DNA of 64,000 bases from Gammaproteobacteria bacterium (GTDB taxonomy: Bacteria; Pseudomonadota; Gammaproteobacteria; Eutrophobiales; Eutrophobiaceae), in the NCBI GenBank assembly GCA_965116495.1, contig OZ220696.1, forward strand, positions 2,784,001 to 2,848,000, written 5' to 3'. Shown in pieces: positions 1-8,764 of the stretch. The notes under the pieces are model-generated. The model saw only the letters and a program-made list of their open reading frames with translations. It made no database searches and was not told the DNA's origin. How positions within the stretch are numbered: the stretch's first letter is position 1; every line of letters begins with the position of its first letter. A program made the translations under genes and the position numbers.

Positions 1-1
1 C

Positions 2-466
2 CTGGTTAATGCCGCTTCGGACATCCTCGCTTATGCCGGAGACCATAACAAGGAGATCCCCCTGCCGGTAGACGTGGTCTGTGCGAAATCCATGGCGCAG
101 GATGCACAGGCGGAACTCAAAACCCTGGCGGAAATCAAGCCGGACGACAAGATCCTGGATATCGGCCCGAAGTCCGTAGCGGTGAATAACCGCATTATCC
201 GTGACGCCGCCACGATCCTGTGGAACGGCCCTGTTGGAGTATTCGAAATCGAGCAATTCGCCGCAGGCACGGCCGCCCTGGCCGCGGCCGTCGCCGCAAA
301 CCCGGGATTGTCGATAGCGGGAGGCGGAGATACCATCTCGGCCATTGCCCGGTTCGGCGTAGCGGAGGGAATATCCTGCATCTCCACCGGCGGCGGCGCC
401 TTCCTGGAATTGCTGGAAGGCAAGACATTGCCCGCCATCGCCGCATTGCAGGAGGCGGCTCGATAA
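2..466 (+). CDS. pgk: phosphoglycerate kinase, 3' part (5' end outside window)
   Basis: Frame is open from base 2. Motifs LDIGPKS, ILWNGPVGVFE, AGGGDT and ISTGGGAFLELLEGK are the PGK C-terminal domain. Confidence 0.95.
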   Translation: MVNAASDILAYAGDHNKEIPLPVDVVCAKSMAQDAQAELKTLAEIKPDDKILDIGPKSVAVNNRIIRDAATILWNGPVGVFEIEQFAAGTAALAAAVAANPGLSIAGGGDTISAIARFGVAEGISCISTGGGAFLELLEGKTLPAIAALQEAAR

Positions 467-471
467 TGTGT

Positions 472-499
472 CCCCCGCTTACAACATGCAGGGGCAGGC
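472..499 (-). repeat. small palindromic repeat, family C (GCCTGCCCC-GCATGTTGTAAGC-GGGGG)
   Basis: Its reverse complement is 26/28 identical to 29668-29695. Confidence 0.75.
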
Positions 500-518
500 T
501 CCAGCAACTGTTTGCCGA

Positions 519-608
519 CTGGATTCCGGCATTCGCCGGAATGACGAACGAAGCATATGCCGGATCGACGCTCCCCGACGTCATGCCGGGCTTGTCCCGG
601 CATCCAGT
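519..608. repeat. pair of REP-like palindromes, family A (GTCAT-stem-loop-ATCCAG), in opposite orientation
   Basis: CTGGATTCCGGCATTCGCCGGAATGAC at 519-545 and GTCATGCCGGGCTTGTCCCGGCATCCAG at 580-607. Confidence 0.8.
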
Positions 609-641
609 AGATATAACGTCCCAAAGGGGCACTTGTAACTG

Positions 642-2084
642 ATGCGCAGGACAAAAATCATTGCCACCCTGGGACCGGCCACCGATAAATCGGAGATGAT
701 GGAAAAAATGGTCGAGGCCGGCGTGGATTTGTTCCGTATCAATTATTCCCACCAGACCCACCTTGAGCACCGGGAACGGGCCCGCGTCCTGCAGGACATC
801 AGCGCCAGGAAAGGCGTTGAAGTCGGCCTCATAGCGGATTTACAGGGGCCCAAGATCAGGCTGCAGCGGTTTCAGAACGGCATGGTCCTCCTACATGAGG
901 GAGATGATTTCACTCTTGACTCGTCTTTACCGGATACTGCGGGCAATGAATCACAGGTGGGCGTGACTTACCGGGCACTGGCCCGGGACGTCAATTCCGG
1001 GGATACGCTGCTGGTCGATGACGGGCGCATCGTCCTGGAGGTAATCGGCGTCGGAAAGACAACTGTGCGCTGCAGGGTCATCGTGGGCGGAAAATTGTCG
1101 GATAACAAGGGGATCAACCTGAAAGGCGGCGGCCTTTCCGCAGGCGCCCTGACCAGAAAAGACCACAAGGACCTGCTGCACGGTGTTGAAATCGGCGCCG
1201 ATTACTTTGCCGTGTCCTTTGCCAGCAGCGCCGCCGACATCGACCAGGCCCGCACACTGTTGGACAAGGCTGGTTCGAATGCGGGGATTATAGCGAAATT
1301 TGAACGGGTGGAAGCGCTGGAAAATGCCACTTCCATTATCGAAGCAGCCGACGCCATCATGATCGCCCGCGGCGACCTGGGGGTTGAAATCGGCGACGCT
1401 TCCCTGCCCCCGGTACAAAAAAAACTCATCATTCAAGCCCAGGACCTGGACCGGCCCGTGATCACTGCGACACAGATGATGGAGTCCATGATCTACAACC
1501 CGATCCCCACGCGCGCGGAAGTATTCGACGTCGCCAATGCCATCCTGGACGGCACGGACGCGGTCATGCTGTCCGGTGAAACGAGTATCGGCATGTTCCC
1601 TGACCGGGTTGTCCAGGCCATGGCCCGTATCTGTGAGGAAACGGAGAAACAGAAGGAAACCCGGGAATCACACCACCGCATCAACCAGGAATTCAAACGT
1701 ATCGACGAAGCCATCGCCATGTCCGCCATGTACGCGGCAAATCACATCAAGGCCAGGGCAATCGCCGCGCTGACGGAAACCGGCTCAACCTGCCTGTGGA
1801 TGTCGCGTATCAGTTCCGGGATACCTGTCCTGGCATTTACCCGCCATGCATCAACCATGCGCAAGGTAAGATTATACCGGGATGTCTATCCCATACACTT
1901 TGACATTACCCACACGGACCCGCTGGAAACCAACAAGGAGATTATCGCCATCCTGCTCAGGCGCAAGCTGGTCAGCGAAGGTGATATAGTCCTGATCACA
2001 AAAGGAGACCTGAGGGGTCACCGCGGGGGGACCAATAACCTGAAAATCATCCGGGTGGGAGATTCAACCGGGCAACAACTATAG
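642..2084 (+). CDS. pyk: pyruvate kinase
   Basis: RRTKIIATLGPA, DLQGPKIR, IMIARGDLGVE, TATQMMESM and DGTDAVMLSGET. Confidence 0.97.
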   Translation: MRRTKIIATLGPATDKSEMMEKMVEAGVDLFRINYSHQTHLEHRERARVLQDISARKGVEVGLIADLQGPKIRLQRFQNGMVLLHEGDDFTLDSSLPDTAGNESQVGVTYRALARDVNSGDTLLVDDGRIVLEVIGVGKTTVRCRVIVGGKLSDNKGINLKGGGLSAGALTRKDHKDLLHGVEIGADYFAVSFASSAADIDQARTLLDKAGSNAGIIAKFERVEALENATSIIEAADAIMIARGDLGVEIGDASLPPVQKKLIIQAQDLDRPVITATQMMESMIYNPIPTRAEVFDVANAILDGTDAVMLSGETSIGMFPDRVVQAMARICEETEKQKETRESHHRINQEFKRIDEAIAMSAMYAANHIKARAIAALTETGSTCLWMSRISSGIPVLAFTRHASTMRKVRLYRDVYPIHFDITHTDPLETNKEIIAILLRRKLVSEGDIVLITKGDLRGHRGGTNNLKIIRVGDSTGQQL

Positions 2085-2097
2085 CAAGGTCATAGAT

Positions 2098-2475
2098 ATG
2101 AATAAAACCGAAGAAGCTGCACGGGCACGCGCGGTCATCCAGGAATATGTCGATGCCAGTGCGGCAGGCAGTGTAGAGCGTCTGCGGGCAATCTTTCACG
2201 GGGATGCCCTGATGTCAGGGTATATGATGGGGGAATACCTGATGGGGTCCCCGGAACCGTTTTTCCAGGCAGTGGCGAATCCGCCTCCCGACGCAGGGGA
2301 CGGCGGGGACTATAAGGCTGAAATCACCAACGTGGAAGTCTCCGGCCCGGTTGCCAGTATCACCCTTAAAGAAACGGCGTTCATGGGAATAAACTTCACC
2401 GACTTCTTCCACCTTGCCAGGGTAAACGGCGAGTGGAAGATAATCAGCAAGACATTCAACCCGGAACTTCCCTGA
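2098..2475 (+). CDS. NTF2-like (putative lumazine-binding/SnoaL-like) protein
   Basis: 125 aa with LRAIFHGDA and FTDFFHLARVNGEWKIISKTF, the typical NTF2-fold ending. Confidence 0.75.
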   Translation: MNKTEEAARARAVIQEYVDASAAGSVERLRAIFHGDALMSGYMMGEYLMGSPEPFFQAVANPPPDAGDGGDYKAEITNVEVSGPVASITLKETAFMGINFTDFFHLARVNGEWKIISKTFNPELP

Positions 2476-2585
2476 TAATGAAAAGCAGCGAATTGATCCC
2501 GGCGGCGGCAAACCGGAATATATGATTTTCACGGGATTTGCCTTACAATCGGACCAACCATTTTCAACCACTGGAGTAAGTCTGT

Positions 2586-3614
2586 ATGAGTGATTTAAAG
2601 GCGCAAATGGCGCAAACGGCCACAGCTATGGTGGCCCGGGGCAAGGGCATACTGGCCATCGACGAGAGCCTGCCGACCATCAAGAAACGTTTCGACACGA
2701 TCGATGTCGAGTCCACCGAGGAAAACCGGCGTGCATACCGGGAATTGCTGATCACCGCGCCCGGCGCAGAACAATTCATCAGCGGCATGATCCTGTTCGA
2801 TGAGACCCTGCGCCAGAAGACCCGGGAAGGCGTCCCCTTCCCGGAGGTCATGATTAAAAACGGGATCATGCCCGGTATCAAGGTGGACAAAGGCGCCAAG
2901 GAGCTGGCGGGTCACCCGGGGGAAAAGGTGACCGAAGGCCTGGACGGCCTGCGCGACCGGCTTGCCGAATATCGCGGGCTGGGCGCCCGCTTTGCAAAGT
3001 GGCGCGCCGTGATCACCATCGGTGATCATATCCCGTCCGATGCCTGTATCGAAGCCAATACCCATGCCCTGGCCCGCTACGCGGGTTTATGCCAGGAAGC
3101 CGGTATTGTTCCCATGGTGGAACCGGAAGTCCTGATGGACGCCGACAATGATATCGATACCTGTTACTGGGCCACGGAAAAAACCCTGAGATCACTGTTT
3201 AATGCCCTCTACAGCCAGGCCGTAGCGCTGGAATTTACCATCCTCAAGACTAATATGGTCATATCCGGGAAAAAGTGTTCCCGGCAGGCGGACGTACAGG
3301 AAATCGCAGACAAGACGGTACTGTGCCTGTTAAATACGGTACCGGCAGCGCTGGCGGGGATCGTATTTCTGTCCGGCGGACAGAGCGCAACCCTGGCAAC
3401 GGCCCACCTGAACGAGATGAACCGGAGCTATGACGGCTTGCCCTGGCCCCTCAGCTTCTCTTACGGGCGCGCCTTGCAGGAGCCTTGCCTGAATACCTGG
3501 GCTGGCAGCCCGGACAACTTCGATGCGGCGCAGACGGTTCTCCTGCACAGGGAAAAATGCAACAGCCTGGCCTGCCTGGGGCAGTACTCTGACAGCCTCG
3601 AGCGGGCTGCCTGA
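2586..3614 (+). CDS. fba: fructose-bisphosphate aldolase class I (eukaryote-like glycolytic family)
   Basis: GKGILAIDES, PGIKVDKG, FAKWRAV, PMVEPEVL, IVFLSGGQS and LSFSYGRALQ. Confidence 0.95.
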   Translation: MSDLKAQMAQTATAMVARGKGILAIDESLPTIKKRFDTIDVESTEENRRAYRELLITAPGAEQFISGMILFDETLRQKTREGVPFPEVMIKNGIMPGIKVDKGAKELAGHPGEKVTEGLDGLRDRLAEYRGLGARFAKWRAVITIGDHIPSDACIEANTHALARYAGLCQEAGIVPMVEPEVLMDADNDIDTCYWATEKTLRSLFNALYSQAVALEFTILKTNMVISGKKCSRQADVQEIADKTVLCLLNTVPAALAGIVFLSGGQSATLATAHLNEMNRSYDGLPWPLSFSYGRALQEPCLNTWAGSPDNFDAAQTVLLHREKCNSLACLGQYSDSLERAA

Positions 3615-3629
3615 TGTTTCTGCAAGTTT

Positions 3630-3678
3630 GTCATTCCCGCACATCAAGTCCGTCATTCCCGCGCAGGCGGGAATCCAG
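3630..3678 (+). repeat. family A REP-like palindrome preceded by a truncated direct copy of its 5' arm
   Basis: GTCATTCCCGC at 3630-3640, then GTCATTCCCGCGCAGGCGGGAATCCAG at 3652-3678. Confidence 0.8.
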
Positions 3679-3731
3679 TCGGATAATATGCCGCTGAAGG
3701 CGGCTCATTTTTCTGCCGGCCTCCATTCACC

Positions 3732-4031
3732 GTGTCAGACCCCATTACTGAAGACCTCAGCCCGGAAACTACAGCCGCCTGGCAGGCCTACCAATTAATG
3801 TGCGCCAGCAAAGACGACTATTTCTCATTGCTCCAGGCCCTGGACGAAAAATACAAAAACGGCGGAGAACCCGGTATCGCCGAAAGCCTGAAACTGGAAA
3901 AGTTATTGAGCGACCACGATCGAAAAGTAAAACTGTTCAACCGGGCAGTGTCCGCCATTACCGACCCCAACGCAAAGCAACAACTGATGGAACTCCTTAA
4001 AGCTGCAGCCGATACTAAAAACAGGCATTGA
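3732..4031 (+). CDS. small helical hypothetical protein
   Basis: 99-aa ORF with a GTG start and natural charged, helical composition. It fills the gap between fba and the aminotransferase. Confidence 0.6.
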   Translation: MSDPITEDLSPETTAAWQAYQLMCASKDDYFSLLQALDEKYKNGGEPGIAESLKLEKLLSDHDRKVKLFNRAVSAITDPNAKQQLMELLKAAADTKNRH

Positions 4032-4063
4032 GCCGCGTTGCCTGGTTCTTCCAATTTCGACGG

Positions 4064-5242
4064 ATGCATAATAGTGACCTGACCACACATAGCAGTAGGA
4101 TGGGCGCCGTCCAGTCCCCTGTCGTACCCGTAGTGGCAGACCTGATCAAGGCCACTCCCGGCACCATTTCCCTGGGACAGGGGGTCGTCTATTACGGCCC
4201 GCCGGAGACGGCCTTGCAAAACGTCATGGCCCATGGCAGGGAGCTGAACCAGTTCTACGGACCTGTGGAAGGCATTCCGGAACTTGTTGGAATTCTGACG
4301 CACAAGCTATCTGAAGAGAACCATATCAGCATCGATGAAAAGCGCCGTCTGCTCGTCACAGCCGGGGCCAACATGGGTTTTCTGAACGCGCTGTTTACCA
4401 TTACCGACCCGGGCTCTGAAGTCATATTGCCCACTCCTTATTACTTCAACCATGAAATGGCTGTCAGGATGTTGAACTGTGAGCCGGTTTGCGTGGCGAC
4501 CGACCGCTATTTTCAGCTTGACCCCGAAGCCGTTGCCGCGGCGATTACCCCGCGCACCGCCGCGGTCGTAACCATCTCACCCAATAACCCCAGCGGCGCC
4601 GTCTACCCCGAGCAAACGTTACGGGCTATCAACGAAATCTGCCGTGACCGGGGTGTTTACCATATCAGCGACGAGGCCTATGAATATTTCGTATTCGACG
4701 ACCGGCGCCATTATTCCCCCGCCAGCGAGGATGATTCGGCCCGGCACACCATTTCACTGTTTTCCCTGTCCAAGGCCTTCGGGTTTTCGTCCTGGCGCAT
4801 CGGTTACATGCTCATCCCTGCGCACCTTCACGAAGCTGTGAGGAAGGTACAGGATACCAACCTGATCTGCCCGCCGCTGGCTTCGCAATATGCGGCCATC
4901 GGCGCGTTTGAGGCGGGCCGTGAATATTGCGATGACAAGATCAGGCAGATCGCCAGCAACCGGATGTTTGTGCTCGCTGAACTGGAGAAACTGGATTGTC
5001 TCGCCGGCGCGGTCCGCTCCGACGGTGCCTTTTATGCCTTCCTACGCCTGAGTACCGCCCTGTCGGACATGGATATCGTCGAACGGCTTGTCCGGGATTT
5101 CAGGATAGCGGTCATGCCCGGCAGTGCCTTCGGCGTGGAACAAGGCTGTTACCTCAGAATCTCCTACGGCGCGCTGGATGAAGCAACGCTGGAAGATGGC
5201 GTGCACAGGCTGACCCGCGGCCTGAATGCAGTTATAAGCTGA
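4064..5242 (+). CDS. PLP-dependent aminotransferase class I/II
   Basis: ISLGQG, VTAGANMGF, TISPNNPSG, ISDEAYEYF and SLSKAFGFSSWRIGY. ATG 4064 is preferred over TTG 4028. Confidence 0.9.
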   Translation: MHNSDLTTHSSRMGAVQSPVVPVVADLIKATPGTISLGQGVVYYGPPETALQNVMAHGRELNQFYGPVEGIPELVGILTHKLSEENHISIDEKRRLLVTAGANMGFLNALFTITDPGSEVILPTPYYFNHEMAVRMLNCEPVCVATDRYFQLDPEAVAAAITPRTAAVVTISPNNPSGAVYPEQTLRAINEICRDRGVYHISDEAYEYFVFDDRRHYSPASEDDSARHTISLFSLSKAFGFSSWRIGYMLIPAHLHEAVRKVQDTNLICPPLASQYAAIGAFEAGREYCDDKIRQIASNRMFVLAELEKLDCLAGAVRSDGAFYAFLRLSTALSDMDIVERLVRDFRIAVMPGSAFGVEQGCYLRISYGALDEATLEDGVHRLTRGLNAVIS

Positions 5243-5253
5243 AAAAGCGTTCT

Positions 5254-6051
5254 CTACTGCCTGTTCCGTTTCGACCAGCGACTTGCGGCATTCTCCAATT
5301 GATTATGCTGCCCGTCCTGCTGCGGCCAGCGGCTTACCCGCCTGGTCAACCGTTTGGAGCCGTGGGCCTTATGGAACAAGGTGACGTTCCCGGACTTGAA
5401 GAACGGGATCAACACCATGCCGGCGACAAAACCGCCTATGTGGGCGAACCAGGCTACTCCACCTCCTTCAGACGATGCAAAGGCAGAACTGATCAATTGT
5501 ATGGCGAACCACAGGCCCAGTACCCACAGGGCAGGCAGCCTTACCAGTTGTATAAAAAACCCCAGGGGGATGAGTACCAGCACCCTGGCGCGGGGATAGA
5601 GTATCAGGTATGCGCCCAGTACCCCGGAAATCGCGCCGCTGGCCCCGATCATGGGAATCTCGGAACCCGGGTTCTGTAATACCTGGCCGAATACTGCCGC
5701 GACGCCGCACAGCAGGTAAAATACGATAAACTTGCCGTGCCCCATAGCATCTTCCACGTTGTTACCGAAAATCCACAGGTACAGCATGTTGCCGGCCAGG
5801 TGCATGAAGCCGCCGTGCAGGAACATGGAGGTGAACACGGTTACGGGGGGGGGGACCAGCGCCAGTTCCACGGGCAATGTAGCCTTGTTCAACAACACGG
5901 CAGGGATAACGCCCAGTGCATAGACGGACGCCTGGTAGCCCTGCGTACCCAGTGAAGCCTGCCACAGGAATACGAGGATGCAGGCCGCGATGAAGGCAAC
6001 GGTCAGTACGGGGAAAATTTGCGTGGGATTATCGTCGTGGAGCGGGATCAT
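5254..6051 (-). CDS. rhomboid family intramembrane serine protease
   Basis: MIPLHDDNP, SMFLHGGFMHLAGNMLYLWIFGNNVED, GASGAISG and AHIGGF. Confidence 0.92.
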   Translation of the reverse strand: MIPLHDDNPTQIFPVLTVAFIAACILVFLWQASLGTQGYQASVYALGVIPAVLLNKATLPVELALVPPPVTVFTSMFLHGGFMHLAGNMLYLWIFGNNVEDAMGHGKFIVFYLLCGVAAVFGQVLQNPGSEIPMIGASGAISGVLGAYLILYPRARVLVLIPLGFFIQLVRLPALWVLGLWFAIQLISSAFASSEGGGVAWFAHIGGFVAGMVLIPFFKSGNVTLFHKAHGSKRLTRRVSRWPQQDGQHNQLENAASRWSKRNRQ

Positions 6052-6072
6052 TGAATTATTGGAGCAATTTTT

Positions 6073-7002
6073 TCAACTGGATTCCGGCATTCGCCGGAAA
6101 GAAGAAGTATTATCCAGCAACCTGTCCTGCGCCTCCCTGTATTTGGCGGAAGTCTGTTGTATGACTTCCCCGGGCAACGTCGGACCGGGCGCCTGTTTAT
6201 CCCAGTCCAGAGTTTCAAGATAGTCCCTTACGTACTGCTTGTCAAAGCTGGGTGGGCTGATACCCGTGCGGTAGGAATCAGCCGGCCAGAAGCGGGACGA
6301 ATCAGGCGTAACCACTTCATCGATCAGGTATAACTCGCCGTCCTCGTCAAAACCGAATTCCAGCTTCGTATCGGCAATAATGATCCCCCTGTCAGCGGCA
6401 TATTCAGCAGCCTGTTGATAGATGGTCAGGCTGAGCGTCCGCACTTTGTTCGCAAGATCCGTACCCAGCAATGCTACGGTATCCTCAAAACTGATATTTT
6501 CATCATGCGCCCCTGCCTCCGCCTTGGTTGAAGGTGTAAATATCGGCTCCGGCAACTGTTGTGCCTGTTGCAGACCGGCAGGCAGGCTGATGCCGCACAC
6601 TGCGCCGCTGCGCTGGTAATCTTTCCAGCCTGAACCGATGATATAGCCGCGCACAATGGCCTCGACAGGCAAGGGGGTCAGCTTCCTGACCACGATGGAC
6701 CGACCTTCGAGTAAACCTGCCTCGTCGTCCCGCAGGCCGATGGAATCCAGGCCGCGGCCGGTCAGGTGGTTGCCGACCAGATTTTCGGTGCGGTCAAACC
6801 AGAAGTTGGACACGGTGGTCAGTACGCTGCCTTTGCCCGGGATGGGGTCGGGCAGCACCACGTCGAAAGCGGAGATGCGGTCGCTGGTGACGATCAGCAG
6901 ATGGTCGTCATCCACCTCATAGATATCACGAACCTTGCCCCGGTTCAGCAGCGGCAGGGTATCGATGGTCGAGCGGTATAGTGCGGCATGCAAATCTTTC
7001 AT
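6073..7002 (-). CDS. purC: phosphoribosylaminoimidazole-succinocarboxamide synthase
   Basis: [43 protein letters not shown] and [11 protein letters not shown]. Confidence 0.96.
   Translation of the reverse strand: MKDLHAALYRSTIDTLPLLNRGKVRDIYEVDDDHLLIVTSDRISAFDVVLPDPIPGKGSVLTTVSNFWFDRTENLVGNHLTGRGLDSIGLRDDEAGLLEGRSIVVRKLTPLPVEAIVRGYIIGSGWKDYQRSGAVCGISLPAGLQQAQQLPEPIFTPSTKAEAGAHDENISFEDTVALLGTDLANKVRTLSLTIYQQAAEYAADRGIIIADTKLEFGFDEDGELYLIDEVVTPDSSRFWPADSYRTGISPPSFDKQYVRDYLETLDWDKQAPGPTLPGEVIQQTSAKYREAQDRLLDNTSSFRRMPESS
6077..6099 (-). repeat. family A palindrome inside the purC 3' end
   Basis: CTGGATTCCGGCATTCGCCGGAA is identical to 519-541. Confidence 0.8.
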
Positions 7003-7036
7003 ATCTTCTCCTCATGATACAGGAAAGGTTAGTTAA

Positions 7037-7057
7037 CTGGATTCCCGCCTGCGCGGG
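7037..7057 (-). repeat. truncated family A palindrome between glnS and purC
   Basis: CTGGATTCCCGCCTGCGCGGG is the reverse complement of part of 3652-3678. Confidence 0.7.
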
Positions 7058-7073
7058 TGTGGAATAGAGTCTG

Positions 7074-8750
7074 TTACCTTTTGCTTATTTTCGCCCAGCT
7101 GTCGCGCAACGTTACTATCCGGTTGAATACCAGCTTGTTCGGTTGCCAGTCTTCCCTGTCGGCGCAGAAATATCCAAGCCGTTCAAATTGAAAGCGTTCC
7201 CCCGGCTGCGCCTGCGCCAGGTCCGGTTCAATGAGACAACGGCCAAGCGTCTCCAGAGAAGCCGGGTTGATATACGTTTTCCAGTCCTGATCGCCCCGGT
7301 TGGGATTGGCAATGGAAAACAGCCTGTCATAGAGCCTTATCTCCGCATTGCGCCCGTGTTTTGCCGATACCCAGTGGATGGTTCCCTTGACCTTGCGCCC
7401 GTCAGGGGCGTTACCGCCCCGGGTTGCCGGGTCGTAGCTGCAATGCAGTTCAAGCACTGCGCCGGTACGCTCATCCTTGACAACTTCGTTACAGGTAACG
7501 AAATAAGCATAACGCAGGCGCACTTCCCGGCCCGGCGCCAGACGGAAAAACTTCCGGGGGGCATCCTCCATAAAATCATCCTGTTCAATGTACAGCACCT
7601 TGCCGAACGGGACCCGGCGCGTACCCATGGCCGGGTCCTGCGGATGATTGGCGGCATCCAGCCACTCTTCCCTGTCATCGGGATAGTTATCGATCACGAC
7701 TTTCAACGGGCGCAATACCGCCATCCGGCGCGGCGCGGCGGCGCCCAGTTCGTTCCTGATAACATGTTCCAGCACGCCCGCGTCAATGTACGTGTCGCTT
7801 TTGGTCAAACCGATCAACTCGCAAAACTCGCGTATGGACCCCGGGGTAAACCCGCGCCGCCGCAAACCGGACAGGGTGGGCATACGCGGGTCATCCCAGC
7901 CGTCCACGTACCCATCGTCAACCAGTTCGATCAGTTTGCGTTTGCTCAGTACAGTGTATTCAAGGTTCAGACGGGCAAACTCATACTGGCGCGGGCGTGA
8001 GGGTGTTTCCAGGTTGTCGATAAACCAGTCGTACAGGGGGCGGTGGTCCTCAAATTCCAGGCTACACAACGAGTGGGTCACATGCTCCAGCGCGTCTGAG
8101 AGGCACTGGGTAAAATCGTACATGGGATAGATACACCAACTATCGCCGGTGCGGTAATGACGGGCCCTGCGGATCCGGTAAATTACCGGGTCCCGCATGT
8201 TCAGGTTGGCCGCCTGCATATCGATTTTCGCTCTCAGCACATGTTCACCGTCGGCAAACTCTCCGTCTTTCATCCTGTGGAACAAATCCAGGTTTTCCGC
8301 GACCGGCCTGTTTCGATGGGGACTGTCAGTTCCCGGTTGCGTCAAGGTGCCGCGATATTCCCTGATCCGGTCCGCGCTCAAACTGTCCACGTAGGCCTTA
8401 CCCTGCTCGATTAATTCGACTGCAAAACGAAACAGGCGCGCAAAATAATCCGAGGCAAAAAACAACCTGTCTTCCCAGTCAAACCCGAGCCAGCGTACGT
8501 CAGCCTGGATGGCTTCGACGTATTTCATGTCCTCTTTTTCCGGGTTGGTATCATCAAAGCGCAGGTTGCATTTTCCCCGGTACTCTGCGGCCATGCCGAA
8601 GTTCAGGCAAATTGCCTTGGCATGACCTATATGTAGGAACCCGTTGGGTTCCGGCGGAAAGCGCGTGTGGATCCCTTCAGGGTAACGGCCCCGGGCTAAG
8701 TCATCGTCGATGATCTTGCGGATAAAATGTGTCGGCGTTGAATGTTCCAT
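7074..8750 (-). CDS. glnS: glutamine--tRNA ligase
   Basis: [49 protein letters not shown] and FQFERLGYF. Start placed at ATG 8750. Confidence 0.96.
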   Translation of the reverse strand: MEHSTPTHFIRKIIDDDLARGRYPEGIHTRFPPEPNGFLHIGHAKAICLNFGMAAEYRGKCNLRFDDTNPEKEDMKYVEAIQADVRWLGFDWEDRLFFASDYFARLFRFAVELIEQGKAYVDSLSADRIREYRGTLTQPGTDSPHRNRPVAENLDLFHRMKDGEFADGEHVLRAKIDMQAANLNMRDPVIYRIRRARHYRTGDSWCIYPMYDFTQCLSDALEHVTHSLCSLEFEDHRPLYDWFIDNLETPSRPRQYEFARLNLEYTVLSKRKLIELVDDGYVDGWDDPRMPTLSGLRRRGFTPGSIREFCELIGLTKSDTYIDAGVLEHVIRNELGAAAPRRMAVLRPLKVVIDNYPDDREEWLDAANHPQDPAMGTRRVPFGKVLYIEQDDFMEDAPRKFFRLAPGREVRLRYAYFVTCNEVVKDERTGAVLELHCSYDPATRGGNAPDGRKVKGTIHWVSAKHGRNAEIRLYDRLFSIANPNRGDQDWKTYINPASLETLGRCLIEPDLAQAQPGERFQFERLGYFCADREDWQPNKLVFNRIVTLRDSWAKISKR

Positions 8751-8764
8751 CCGGTCGCACGGCC

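Noticed and set aside
220-642. Short ORFs spanning repeat-rich intergenic regions (also 3523-3798, 13336-13659 and 29650-29850)
   Set aside because: They translate palindromic repeats or the 6S RNA and show no protein-family signal.
5846-5854. G homopolymer in the rhomboid gene and C tract near 34896 as phase-variation sites
   Set aside because: The first is in frame (Pro-Pro-Pro) in an intact gene and the second is intergenic past a stop codon. There is no evidence of variation.
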